Shown piece by piece: positions 41,205 to 51,310 of a DNA stretch of 64,000 bases (positions within the stretch are counted from its first letter, which is position 1; every line of letters begins with the position of its first letter). The notes below the pieces were generated by a model. It made no database searches. It saw only the letters and a program-made list of their open reading frames with translations, and had not been told where the DNA came from. Origin of the DNA: Candidatus Methanoperedenaceae archaeon (lineage in GTDB: Archaea > Halobacteriota > Methanosarcinia > Methanosarcinales > Methanoperedenaceae). The position numbers and the translations under genes are program-made. The stretch spans positions 68,060 through 132,059 of the forward strand of contig CAVWCX010000002.1 of assembly GCA_963753595.1 (NCBI GenBank). Reading direction: 5' to 3'.

Positions 41205-42400
41205 TAATTCCTCACGATCTCTTCGACCTTATCTATGATCTCTATCGCTATCTGGCGCTTTGTGCCTGAAACCGGTTTTACCGAGCCATCGATCAAATAA
41301 ACAGTATTGTCTTCTGTTCCCATACCCCCGGAGGACACATCGTTTGCTACGACCATGCTTAGATGTGATGAATCCATCAACTTCCTGGCGCGCTTTATTA
41401 GCTCTTCTTCTGAGATGCCGGTTTCTGCTTTAAATCCAATTATTTTCAAGTCGGGATAAATTTTCCGCACTTCTTTTATAAGTTTAGGAGCAGGTTTCAA
41501 TGTCAGGATGAGTACATTTCCTGACTTTATTTTATCCTTTGAGGGCGTTACCGTGAAATCAGAGATCGCGGCAGCACTTATCAGCAGATCATATCCTTTA
41601 CCAAGCTCTTCGATCACAGCGCCCTTCATATCTTGTGCGCTTTCGGTATATAATTCGCAAATCCCCTGTATTCCAAGGCAGCCCCTGTGGACAAGAGTGA
41701 CATCAGCCCCTCTCCTGAATGCCTCAAGCGCAAGCTCGATGCCTGTTTTCCCTGAGGCGCGGTTTGTCAAAATCCGGATCGGGTCAATGCTTTCAGCAGT
41801 TGCACCTCCTGTTATAATTATACGCTTTCCTGAAAGTGTTTTTTTTCCGGCAGCCCTTTGTACCCTTAGCACTATTTCTTCAATGCCCGCTATCTTTGCT
41901 GCGCCTTCTTCGGTTACTGGATTAACGAACTCAACTCCGAGTTCTGTAAGTTTACCAATATTTTCAATAACGATAGGATGGTCGTACATGGATCCATGCA
42001 TGGCAGGAACAATTATGATCGGGATACCGGAACCAAAAGCTGTTGTTGCAAAGGTCGTGACAGATGTATCATCTATCCCATGTGCGATCTTTCCTATCGT
42101 ATTCGCCGTGCAGGGAGCGATCAAAAGTAATGATGCCCTGCCGCCTATGCCGCAAAAATCAACATGTTCCACATCACCTGTTATTTCAGTTATGACAGGA
42201 TTACCTGTAGCATATCGCATAGCTTCAGGATGTATTATCTTCCGGGCTGCATCGGTCATTACGGCATGCACATCAGCGCCATGCCTTTGCAGTTCCCGTG
42301 CAAGCTCCACACAACGCACAGCGGCAATGCTGCCAGTGATCCCAAGAACGATGGTCTTTTTTTCAAGGGATTTTGAAGTTTGTATTATCCGGGTTCCCAT
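41204..42400 (-). CDS. coaBC: Phosphopantothenoylcysteine decarboxylase / phosphopantothenate-cysteine ligase
   Basis: GITGSIAA, APCTANTIGK, PAMH, DPIRILTNRASGKTG, AAISDF, GFKAET. Confidence 0.95.
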   Translation of the reverse strand: MGTRIIQTSKSLEKKTIVLGITGSIAAVRCVELARELQRHGADVHAVMTDAARKIIHPEAMRYATGNPVITEITGDVEHVDFCGIGGRASLLLIAPCTANTIGKIAHGIDDTSVTTFATTAFGSGIPIIIVPAMHGSMYDHPIVIENIGKLTELGVEFVNPVTEEGAAKIAGIEEIVLRVQRAAGKKTLSGKRIIITGGATAESIDPIRILTNRASGKTGIELALEAFRRGADVTLVHRGCLGIQGICELYTESAQDMKGAVIEELGKGYDLLISAAAISDFTVTPSKDKIKSGNVLILTLKPAPKLIKEVRKIYPDLKIIGFKAETGISEEELIKRARKLMDSSHLSMVVANDVSSGGMGTEDNTVYLIDGSVKPVSGTKRQIAIEIIDKVEEIVRN

Positions 42401-42502
42401 CACTTCCTGATATATTGTATAAATGCTTATAATTTGCTTTCATGTGTTAAAGATTTGAATGCAAAATCTTATTAGTAATACATACTTATCAGGGACATCG
42501 AA

Positions 42503-42576
42503 GGGCTCGTGGTCTAGCCGGTTATGACGTCGCTCTCACACAGCGGAGGTCCTGAGTTCGAATCTCAGCGGGCCCA
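42503..42576 (+). tRNA. tRNA-Val (CAC)
   Basis: Acceptor GGGCTCG/CGGGCCC, anticodon arm TCGCT-CTCACAC-AGCGG, T-loop GTTCGAATC. Confidence 0.95.
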
Positions 42577-42663
42577 TAGATCCATATAGCTATTTTACCA
42601 TTGGCATGATTCCAATTTTCTATATTTTAAGCGAATAAAATAAAAATAAAGAAAAAATGAAAA

Positions 42664-42736
42664 AACAACGAACTAATACAAACTGAAACGAACTCCGGTA
42701 GCGTGAGTTCGTTTCAGTTCGTACGAGTTAGTTGTT
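42664..42736. repeat. 32-bp imperfect inverted repeat built from 10-nt-period ACGAACT units
   Basis: AACAACGAACTAATACAAACTGAAACGAACTC / GAGTTCGTTTCAGTTCGTACGAGTTAGTTGTT, 28/32 complementary. Confidence 0.85.
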
Positions 42737-42754
42737 AATAATATTTATGATTTT

Positions 42755-43927
42755 TCAACCCAGCTTCTTGAACAACCGCGCCTGGAAACCGTGATATTTA
42801 CAGAATCCTTCTGCATCCTTCTGGTCTATGGTTTTGCTGTCAAATGACGATATATCTGCAGAATACAATGCATAGGGTGATTTTCTTGCAATGACCTTTG
42901 CGCTTCCTTTGTAGAGCTTGACTTTGACAGACCCGGTAACTCTTTCCTGGGTTTTATCAATAAAAGCGTTCAGATCAGAATAAAGCGGTTCATCCACAAG
43001 CCCTTTGTAAGCAAGCTCGCTCCATGTATCATCCACAATCGACTTGAATCTTAATTCATCTCTTGTCAGGACAAGTTTCTCAAGATCTTTATGCGCCATC
43101 AGTAATATCGTAGCTGCCGGATGTTCGTAGTTCTCCCTGGCCTTGATCCCAAGCACCCTGTCTTCGATCATATCCGTTCGCCCCACGCCATGAGCCCCTC
43201 CAATCACGTTAAGCTTCTGGATCAATGGAACGCCATCTGATTTTTCACCATCAAGCGATACAGGAACGCCATTCTCAAAACCTATATCGATGATCTGTGC
43301 GACAGGTGCTTTTTCCGGTGAAACCGTCCACTCAAATATCTCCTCAGGGGGAACAAAATCCGGTTCTTCAAGCCGCCCGCCTTCTATACTCCGGCTCCAG
43401 ATATTTTCATCCACGCTCCACGGCTTTGATTTAGTTGCAGCCACAGGGATACCGTGTTTTTTCGCATATTCCATTTCCCATTCCCTTGTGAGGTTCATAT
43501 CCCTCATAGGAGCGATAACATCAAGTGAAGTGCTGCGGAACACTGTTTCAAATCTCAACTGGTCGTTGCCTTTACCTGTGCATCCATGAGCAAGAGCATG
43601 TGCTTTTTCCTTTTTTGCTATCTCAACGACTTTTTTCGCGATCAGCGGGCGGGCGATCGATGTTCCAAGCACATATCCTTCGTAGCTGCCGTTGGCCTTT
43701 ATGAGTGGAAAAATATAATCTTTTACGAATTCATCTTTAGCATCGATAGTAAAATGTTTCTGGCTGATCTTTTCGGCTTTTTTCTCAGCCAGTTCTATCT
43801 CTTTTGCGGGCTGGCCGACATCAACAGTAACCGTAATAGCATAATCGCAACCATAATGTTCTTTTAAAAGGGGGATGCACACGGATGTGTCAAGTCCGCC
43901 CGAATAAGCAAGTACAACTTTCTTCAT
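42755..43927 (-). CDS. argG: Argininosuccinate synthase
   Basis: [35 protein letters not shown]. Confidence 0.97.
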   Translation of the reverse strand: MKKVVLAYSGGLDTSVCIPLLKEHYGCDYAITVTVDVGQPAKEIELAEKKAEKISQKHFTIDAKDEFVKDYIFPLIKANGSYEGYVLGTSIARPLIAKKVVEIAKKEKAHALAHGCTGKGNDQLRFETVFRSTSLDVIAPMRDMNLTREWEMEYAKKHGIPVAATKSKPWSVDENIWSRSIEGGRLEEPDFVPPEEIFEWTVSPEKAPVAQIIDIGFENGVPVSLDGEKSDGVPLIQKLNVIGGAHGVGRTDMIEDRVLGIKARENYEHPAATILLMAHKDLEKLVLTRDELRFKSIVDDTWSELAYKGLVDEPLYSDLNAFIDKTQERVTGSVKVKLYKGSAKVIARKSPYALYSADISSFDSKTIDQKDAEGFCKYHGFQARLFKKLG

Positions 43928-44015
43928 GGGTTGCCTATTATAGTGAGACAAGATTAAAAGTTTTTGCATCTTCTTTTTAGAAAAGTTATTTTATAATAAG
44001 ATATTATTACACTTC

Positions 44016-45290
44016 ATGGCAGACCTGGTAATCAAAGGGGGCACCGTGCTCACAATGTGCGGTGAAATCATCAAAAATGGTATGGTAGCCGTGGATAACG
44101 GTTTGATAACTTTTGCAGGAAAGGATACAAAAGTGAAAGCTGATAAAATGATCGATGCAAAAGGCTGCGCTGTAATGCCAGGTCTTGTAAATGCCCACAC
44201 GCATCTTCCAATGACGCTTTTACGGGGTCATGCAGATGGTCTTCCATACCGGGAATGGACAGAAAAGATCCAAAAAAGCGAGATGAAACTAACTCCTGAA
44301 CATATAAAGACAGGTTCCCGCCTTGGAATTCTTGAGATGATAAGATCAGGAACTACATCGTTCGCTGATATGTATATTCATATGGACGAGGTGGCAAAGG
44401 CCGTTGAAGGAACAGGTATAAGAGCCGCATTGGGCTATGGGATGATAGAGGGACTCAATGAAGATCCCGAAACGAAACTTAAGAACAGGGAGAAATTTGT
44501 AAAAAAATGGAACGGCGCGGCAAATGGCAGGATCACGGCTATGTATGCGCCTCATTCGGCTGCTTCCTGTTCAAAAGAATTTTTAATAAAAGTCAGGGAA
44601 CTCGCAAAAAAAGACGACGCAAGAATTCATATCCATGTGCTTGAAACCGAAGATGAGCTTGAATTAATGAAAAAACGTTATGGGATGTGTTCTATTAACC
44701 TGCTGGACAATATCAACATGCTTGGCCAGAATGTGCTGGCAGCGCACTGCATCTGGTTATCTGATGAGGATATTGGGATCCTGAAAAAAAAAGAGGTTAA
44801 CGTTGTCCACTGTCCCACGAGCAATATGGCTCTTGGGGCCGGCTTAGCGCGCGTGCCTGAAATGCTTGAAAAAGGTATAAACGTGGCACTGGGCACTGAT
44901 GGAGCTGCTTCAGGGGTGAGTCTTGATATGTGGAAGGAGATGAGAGCTGCCATGCTGCTTCATAAGCTTAAAGATCCACGAGCATTGCCCGCATCAAAAG
45001 TACTTGAGATGGCCACGGTCAACGGCGCACGGGCGCTGGGGATAAATGCGGGAGTACTCAAAGCTGGTTGCCTGGCAGATATAATAATTGTGGATTTGAA
45101 AAAACCACAGTTCATATCTTCAAATATCCATGTAGCGCTTGTGAATGGCGTATCGGGATGCGATGTCAGGACTGTGATTGTGGATGGAAAAATACTGATG
45201 GAAGATCATAAAGTTACTGTATTGAATGAAAAGAACGTTATCGATGACGGAATGGATGCGATATTAAAACTTGAACAGGAGTGTAATTGA
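44016..45290 (+). CDS. Amidohydrolase, MTA/SAH or 5'-deoxyadenosine deaminase family
   Basis: PGLVNAHTH, HIHVLET, AAHC, HCPTSN, LGTDG. Confidence 0.88.
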   Translation: MADLVIKGGTVLTMCGEIIKNGMVAVDNGLITFAGKDTKVKADKMIDAKGCAVMPGLVNAHTHLPMTLLRGHADGLPYREWTEKIQKSEMKLTPEHIKTGSRLGILEMIRSGTTSFADMYIHMDEVAKAVEGTGIRAALGYGMIEGLNEDPETKLKNREKFVKKWNGAANGRITAMYAPHSAASCSKEFLIKVRELAKKDDARIHIHVLETEDELELMKKRYGMCSINLLDNINMLGQNVLAAHCIWLSDEDIGILKKKEVNVVHCPTSNMALGAGLARVPEMLEKGINVALGTDGAASGVSLDMWKEMRAAMLLHKLKDPRALPASKVLEMATVNGARALGINAGVLKAGCLADIIIVDLKKPQFISSNIHVALVNGVSGCDVRTVIVDGKILMEDHKVTVLNEKNVIDDGMDAILKLEQECN

Positions 45291-45488
45291 TTTTACTGAA
45301 GGAACTGTATTGCGGATTCAATATCAATACCTTCCATCTTCAGGAATGATAGGCCATAATCTTTAAATGTCTATATGTATATATTGATATAGATTCTTGC
45401 CCTTAAATGACAGGTGGTTCAAGTTCAGGGGGTTCAAATGCTGCAATCTTTCCAGTATTTTATGCCAGCCTGGAATACTCGGTGATGG

Positions 45489-45689
45489 ATGAAAAAGATG
45501 AAAAATAGAGAAGTCTTCTTTGCTATAGGCATTTTAGTAATGTCGAGTGGATTCTATATGTTATTAGCGCAAACCGTAGGGGTGAAATTAGGAGATAATC
45601 TGTACCCGGTGCCAGTCATATATGATGGGATAATGTTGATTGTAATGGGTATCGCGATGGTAATTGTTTCATCAAGAGAATGGGATTAA
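45489..45689 (+). CDS. Small two-TM membrane protein
   Basis: GGTGA RBS, two hydrophobic segments. Confidence 0.55.
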   Translation: MKKMKNREVFFAIGILVMSSGFYMLLAQTVGVKLGDNLYPVPVIYDGIMLIVMGIAMVIVSSREWD

Positions 45690-46352
45690 GAAAAAGGATA
45701 AATAAAAAATTATCAAATAGTTGAAATTTTATTCTGAGAATGACTTTCCTGTAAAGATATTTTTATGGAAAAAATGAATTGATCTATACTGACCTCAGTC
45801 GGTCCAGAAAAAAATAGGTAAAAACCCTGCATTTCTATCTCCATTATTTTCCTTTCTATCAGCCAGTTCTTCCTTCTTTTCTCTAATTTGTTCATTCTTA
45901 TTGGCAGCTATTATTTTCTTTTTCATATTATTTTCACTCTTTGATGTGGCATTTTGGTGGTTGAGGAAGCCAGGAAAATTAGTTTTTTCGCTGATAAGAT
46001 AGGTCGGTAATGGCTTCCTCATTTTGCTAATACATTTATAATAATATAAATAATCCTACAATTATTTGAGTTTATTTTAGATTTTAAAGGTACTAAGACT
46101 AATATCTTTGTTTTTATTAGTTTATTGAAGGTTATATTACTGAAAAAAACATCCATATTACTTTATATGGTGGATAATTATGGTTCGAGAGTTCTAAATT
46201 TAAATTTGATTAAATGAAACAAATATCAAAGGTATTATCTAATTAGACTAATATTATTCACGAACCAGGAGTTGTTCAATTAATTACTTCATAAAGAGAT
46301 TATATTTGTAGATTATATCGGCCATAACTCATGAATTAAACAATAAGTTTAT

Positions 46353-46384
46353 ATAACAAAATTGTTATATAACAACATTGTTAT
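46353..46384 (+). promoter_or_regulatory. Two abutting 16-bp palindromes (ATAACAAnnTTGTTAT) over the TATA/TSS region
   Basis: ATAACAAAATTGTTAT 46353-46368 and ATAACAACATTGTTAT 46369-46384; TTTATATA at 46348-46355. Confidence 0.7.
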
Positions 46385-46387
46385 GTA

Positions 46388-47596
46388 TTGGAACGTGATA
46401 TTATGTTACCAGTAGGTTCTCCGGCAATTGGTGAAGATTTTATTGATCGCGAAAAAGAAGTTGAATACATCCTTTCAGCATTGAAAAAAGATAGCGTTCT
46501 TTTAATTGCACCCCGCAGATTTGGAAAAACTTCCATTATGAAAAGGGTAGAAAAAGAACTCTTGGATGAGGATATGATTTGTGTTTTTCTCGAAGTGGAA
46601 GATGTGTACTCTCCACAACGTTTCTTATCAGAAATCGTGATGGCGCTTGTTGAGAATGAAAAAATCAATCAAAAAATATGGCTGACATCAGCGCTAAAGA
46701 AGGGTTTTCAATGGTTTAGAGAGAACATAGAAGAACTTGAAACTCCAGTATTTAAAGCTAAACTCAGAACTAATATCGAAACTGACTTAAAAGATGATTG
46801 GGTGATAAAATCCAATCAGATATTTGAAATAATAAGTGGGATTGAAACAAATATCTATTTCATTATTGATGAGTTTCCCATAGCTATTAAAAATATAGAG
46901 CCAAAAGAAGCAGAAAAATTCTTGCATTGGTTCAGAAGACTGAGGCAGGTAACTAAAAATCTGAAATTTGTTTTTGGTGGTTCTGTAAGCATTGACCGTG
47001 TGGTCAGGGATATTGGAGGAGTTAGCGTTATAAATGATCTAAAAAGGGTTAGAATCGGTGGTTTCCAGAAAAAAGTAGCATTAAGTATCATTGAAAAGGT
47101 ATTCAGCGAAGAAGAGTGGCCTTACGAAGACTCATTTGGAGAGAAAATATTGGCCTGTACCGGGGAGATCTACATACCTTATTTCATAGCGATAATGCTC
47201 AGTGCTTTAAAAGAAGAAAAAGATTTGAGAGGTTTAGAAATCAAAGAAGAGCTTATCGAAAAAGTGTATAATCGCCGCATACTCGGCAACGAAGGGAAAC
47301 ATTATTTTGAGCATTATTCTCAAAGACTTTGCGTTTTCTATAAAGGAATGTCTGGCATGGAAGAAAAAGCTGCAAGAGCCTTATTAAGAAAGATTTGCAT
47401 TGTAGATTATTATCCAATAAATCTTGCATTTGGAATTTATAAGCAGGAAACTGGAAACGATGATTATGAAAAATTCATGGATTTGATAGCGGACCTTGGC
47501 AATGATTTCTATATTGAGTATGATCCAAAAAAAGGACTCAAATTCTACTCCAAAATGCTGAGAGATTGGTGGAGAGTGTATTATGGCGACAACTAA
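46388..47596 (+). CDS. P-loop ATPase (archaeal ATPase / STAND-like)
   Basis: FIDREKE, Walker A APRRFGKTS, Walker B FIIDEFP, C-terminal LRDWW. Confidence 0.85.
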   Translation: MERDIMLPVGSPAIGEDFIDREKEVEYILSALKKDSVLLIAPRRFGKTSIMKRVEKELLDEDMICVFLEVEDVYSPQRFLSEIVMALVENEKINQKIWLTSALKKGFQWFRENIEELETPVFKAKLRTNIETDLKDDWVIKSNQIFEIISGIETNIYFIIDEFPIAIKNIEPKEAEKFLHWFRRLRQVTKNLKFVFGGSVSIDRVVRDIGGVSVINDLKRVRIGGFQKKVALSIIEKVFSEEEWPYEDSFGEKILACTGEIYIPYFIAIMLSALKEEKDLRGLEIKEELIEKVYNRRILGNEGKHYFEHYSQRLCVFYKGMSGMEEKAARALLRKICIVDYYPINLAFGIYKQETGNDDYEKFMDLIADLGNDFYIEYDPKKGLKFYSKMLRDWWRVYYGDN

Positions 47597-50420
47597 TGAT
47601 TTAATTCTTTACAGGTATTCACCTGAAAACATGCCCCAGGAGATTCTAAGGAAGCTCTTTGTGGGCAGGGAAAAACTTCTCAAAAGCATGGTCAAAGAAA
47701 TCGAGAATGCCGCACGGAAAAAAACCCCACGATTCATCTTAATAGTCGGGCCAAGAGGAATAGGAAAATCTCATTTTTTGGTTTTATTATTTCACGAAAT
47801 AAACAATAGATTTGGTTCTTTCTTGATTCCAATAAAACTAAGGGAAGAAGAATATTCTGTTTATCGAGCGTCAGACTTGTTTTTAAGGATTTTGGAGGAA
47901 AAAAAGGAAGATACCAAAGAAATCCTTTCGCTTGCGAATGAAGATGAGATACTTCATGCTGCTATTGAAAAACTTAAACTTATATCAAAAAGGGATGGTA
48001 AAAGATACATTATTTTTATTGAAAACCTGCATGAATTATTCAAACAGTTAGATACCCACGAACTTCAGAAATTAAGAGCCATCTTTCAAAAGAATGATTT
48101 TTTCTCAGTTGTGGCCTCCGCACCTATGATATTCCCGGGTATATCTGAACATGATGAACCATTTTATAATTTTTTCCAAATTCAATTTCTCAGCGAATTT
48201 TCATTGGAGGAAATAAAATACCTGATACAGAAAATTGCTGAAGCTGAAAATAACAAGAAATTTCTTGATGATTTTAAAAAATACGAACCAAAAATTCACG
48301 GCATGTCACACCTTACAGGAGGGAGTCCAAGGCTTGTAATACTATTTTATGAGATGATCACAAGAGGGGAACTTGAAAACATAGAGAATGCTTTTTTCAA
48401 GATCATCGATGAACATACACCATACTACCAGGAGATATTCCAGCTATTAACAGGGCAGCGAAGAAGGATATTTGATGCTGTTATTTCCTCTGAAGCGCCA
48501 ATAACTCCCAAGCAAATTTCAGAAGTTGCCAGATTAGACCTCCCTACAGTCACAACCCAGCTTCGCAGACTTGAACAAGATGGATATGTCATTTCAAGAC
48601 CGATGGGAAGATCTACTAAATATGAAGTAAGAGAGAGGCTTTTCAGGCTTTGGAGGGAGATGAGACAACCTTTGGGAAGAAAAAGAGTGTCCATTCTTTT
48701 GGAGTTTTTGCAGTTTTGGTACACCACGGAAGAAAGAAAAGAGCTATTCAGAACAAAATTCAAGATGCTTGAAGATGGTGAAAAAAAGGTTCTGAAAGAT
48801 CTCTGCTATATTAGTGAAACTTTGCCTCTTGAGTCGAAAATTGAAGCCCTTCTGAAGCTTACGCCCAAGTTAATAGAATTTGGGGAGAGGGAGGAAGCTG
48901 CGAATGAAATCCAGAGTTTAAAGGAAACTGCAGCCCAATTTGGTGATAGAGACCTAGAAGGAAAAATACCATTGCATGAAGGAAACTTTTTGATTTCCGA
49001 AAAAAAATATGAAGAAGCACTGAAGGCTTTCAATAAGGCAATTGAGATAAATCCGAAAGACGGATATGTGATATCAAGGAAAGGTCTTGCCTTAGGAATT
49101 ATCGGCAGATATGAAGAAGCTCTGGAGGCTTTTAATAGGGCAATCGAGATCAATCCAAAAGATGGTTATGCGATATCAAGGAAAGGCTTTGCTTTGGTAA
49201 ATCTCGGTAGAAATGAAGAAGCTCTGGATGTTTTCAATAAGTTAATAGAGATTAACCCAAAGGATGATTATGCATTATCAAGGAAAGGTGTTGCTTTGGT
49301 AAATCTCGGTAGAAATGAAGAAGCTCTGGATGTTTTCAATAATTCATTCGAGATTAACCCGAAGGATGATTATGCATTATCATGTAAAGGTGTTGCTTTG
49401 ATAAATCTCGGTAGAAATGAAGAAGCTCTGGATGTTTTCAACAAGGTAATAAAGATAAATTCGAAAAATGATTTTGCATTATCAAGGAAAGGTATTGCAC
49501 TTGTAAATCTCGCTAGAAATGAAGAAGCACTGGAGACTTTAAATAAAGCAATTGAGATCAATCCGAAGGATGGAACTGCATTATCATGGAAAGGTGCTGC
49601 TTTAGGATTTCTTGGCAGACATAAAATAGCATTAGAGTTTTTCAATAAGGCAATCGAGATTAACCCGAAGGATCAATATGCATTTTCAAATAAAGGTGCT
49701 GCTTTAATAAATCTCGGTAGAAATGAAGAAGCACTGGATGCTTTAAATAAGGCAATCGAGATCAATCCGAAGGATCAATATGCATTTTCAAATAAAGGTG
49801 CTGCTTTAATAAATCTCGGTAGAAATGAAGAAGCACTGGATGCTTACAATGAGGTAATCGCGATTAACCCGAAGGATCAATATGCATTTTCAAATAAAGG
49901 TGCTGCTTTAGGAAATCTCGAAAGATATGAAGAAGCTCTTGATGCTTTTAAAAATGCTGCTGAGATCTTCCCGAAAGATGAAGACTTTATTGAAGGCACT
50001 ATAGAAACTTGTTTCAATTTTGCCCTCGATGAATTAAAGGCTGGAAACCGTGGAAATTCAATTAAATTCATGAAATTAGTTCATGAAATTGGTGCAGAGC
50101 TAAAAGAAGATAAAGTTGCCATGTTGGTGATAAATTTCTTGAAAAGCGCCGCGGATTCAGGAGATATTCAAATTGTTAAAATAGCAGTTGATGAGATAAT
50201 AAAATTGTACGGAAATAAGTATGAGGAACGTATCAAATTTATAATTAAGGCATTAGAAATCATTGAAACTAAAGACATCCAAAAATATTATAATTTACAG
50301 ATAGAAGAAAGAGAGATAGTAGGCGATATTGTAAAAAAGATTACTAAATCTGATGAACTGCTGCCAGAGGAAATCAGAAGAAAGGAAAGCCGTTTAACTG
50401 ATTATATTGATGCTGAATAA
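47583..50420 (+). CDS. STAND-like ATPase with wHTH and about 10 TPR repeats
   Basis: FVGRE, GPRGIGKS, IFIENL, TGGSPR, wHTH TPKQISE...TTQLRRLEQDGY, 34-aa repeats. Confidence 0.88.
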   Translation: MATTNDLILYRYSPENMPQEILRKLFVGREKLLKSMVKEIENAARKKTPRFILIVGPRGIGKSHFLVLLFHEINNRFGSFLIPIKLREEEYSVYRASDLFLRILEEKKEDTKEILSLANEDEILHAAIEKLKLISKRDGKRYIIFIENLHELFKQLDTHELQKLRAIFQKNDFFSVVASAPMIFPGISEHDEPFYNFFQIQFLSEFSLEEIKYLIQKIAEAENNKKFLDDFKKYEPKIHGMSHLTGGSPRLVILFYEMITRGELENIENAFFKIIDEHTPYYQEIFQLLTGQRRRIFDAVISSEAPITPKQISEVARLDLPTVTTQLRRLEQDGYVISRPMGRSTKYEVRERLFRLWREMRQPLGRKRVSILLEFLQFWYTTEERKELFRTKFKMLEDGEKKVLKDLCYISETLPLESKIEALLKLTPKLIEFGEREEAANEIQSLKETAAQFGDRDLEGKIPLHEGNFLISEKKYEEALKAFNKAIEINPKDGYVISRKGLALGIIGRYEEALEAFNRAIEINPKDGYAISRKGFALVNLGRNEEALDVFNKLIEINPKDDYALSRKGVALVNLGRNEEALDVFNNSFEINPKDDYALSCKGVALINLGRNEEALDVFNKVIKINSKNDFALSRKGIALVNLARNEEALETLNKAIEINPKDGTALSWKGAALGFLGRHKIALEFFNKAIEINPKDQYAFSNKGAALINLGRNEEALDALNKAIEINPKDQYAFSNKGAALINLGRNEEALDAYNEVIAINPKDQYAFSNKGAALGNLERYEEALDAFKNAAEIFPKDEDFIEGTIETCFNFALDELKAGNRGNSIKFMKLVHEIGAELKEDKVAMLVINFLKSAADSGDIQIVKIAVDEIIKLYGNKYEERIKFIIKALEIIETKDIQKYYNLQIEEREIVGDIVKKITKSDELLPEEIRRKESRLTDYIDAE
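49008..49980 (+). repeat. Tandem 102-bp TPR-coding repeats
   Basis: Near-identical units, e.g. 49643-49744 and 49745-49846. Confidence 0.9.
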
Positions 50421-50452
50421 ATATATGTTGTAATAAATTAACATTACCTCAA

Positions 50453-51310
50453 ATGAATCCCTCCCACATCGCCCGGTGCGCCCAGCTCGCCATGATCCTT
50501 GAGGTCTCAGCCACCCCGAAGCCTGGCAACATTGACCGCGATCACAATTATTCCGATACTCGCTTCGAACACTTCCTGGCAAGCGCTGTTGGAGTTTATC
50601 CAATACTTGAGAAGGCTGCCGCCTCAAAATACGGAATCGGGTTACTGATCCATAATTCAGTTATGGAAAGTTGTAAATGGCAAAGCGGCGGCAACACGCA
50701 TTTTGGGGCATTCATTCTACTTATCCCGCTTGTGATGGCAGGAGGCAGGTGTGAAAATAAATCATGCCTGAAAGAGCAGGTACAAAAGATCGTAAGGGAA
50801 ACGACTATTGATGACGCAGTTGAATTCTACCTGGCCTTTTCAAAAGCAAAAGTAAAAGTCAAACCAGTTGATGACCTTGACCTTTCAGATACTGATTCCA
50901 TTGAAAAAATAAAAGCAGAGGGATTGACCCTATTTGATATGATGGAGATATCCGGAAGCTATGATATGATCGCAGGGGAATGGGTAAATGGTTTTGAGAA
51001 GACATTTGAATGTGCTGCGCTTATCCAGGATAAGATCAAAAAATATGGGATAAATGAGGCTGTAGTTCTTACATTCATGGAGCTGTTATCAAGAAATAAA
51101 GACACATTCATAGTTACAAAATTTGATATTAAGAAGGCCGAAGAAGTTTCAATAAGAGCAAGGAACATTTTGCACAAAGATATGAATATAATAAATGAAA
51201 TTCGAAAATTTGATGAAGAGCTATTGAATGAAGGTGTCAATCCAGGTTCAACTGCAGATATTATTATTGCAGGATTATTTGTTTCACTTTTTGAGGGGAT
51301 GAGATTCTGA
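50453..51310 (+). CDS. citG: CitG-family triphosphoribosyl-dephospho-CoA synthase-like protein
   Basis: LEVSATPKPGN, GGNTHFG, NPGSTAD. Confidence 0.88.
   Translation: MNPSHIARCAQLAMILEVSATPKPGNIDRDHNYSDTRFEHFLASAVGVYPILEKAAASKYGIGLLIHNSVMESCKWQSGGNTHFGAFILLIPLVMAGGRCENKSCLKEQVQKIVRETTIDDAVEFYLAFSKAKVKVKPVDDLDLSDTDSIEKIKAEGLTLFDMMEISGSYDMIAGEWVNGFEKTFECAALIQDKIKKYGINEAVVLTFMELLSRNKDTFIVTKFDIKKAEEVSIRARNILHKDMNIINEIRKFDEELLNEGVNPGSTADIIIAGLFVSLFEGMRF

Noticed and set aside
41508-42410. 300-aa plus-strand ORF (likewise 11034-11756 and 32396-32974)
   Set aside because: Antisense shadows of well-supported genes (coaBC, nrpR-like, BatA/VWA) with no recognisable motifs.
45713-46022. Two short minus-strand ORFs
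   Set aside because: Low-complexity AT-rich sequence with no motif; cannot be supported as genes.
49008-49980. CRISPR-like repeat array
   Set aside because: Units are 102-bp in-frame TPR codons with no unique spacers; no CRISPR array or cas gene was seen in the window.
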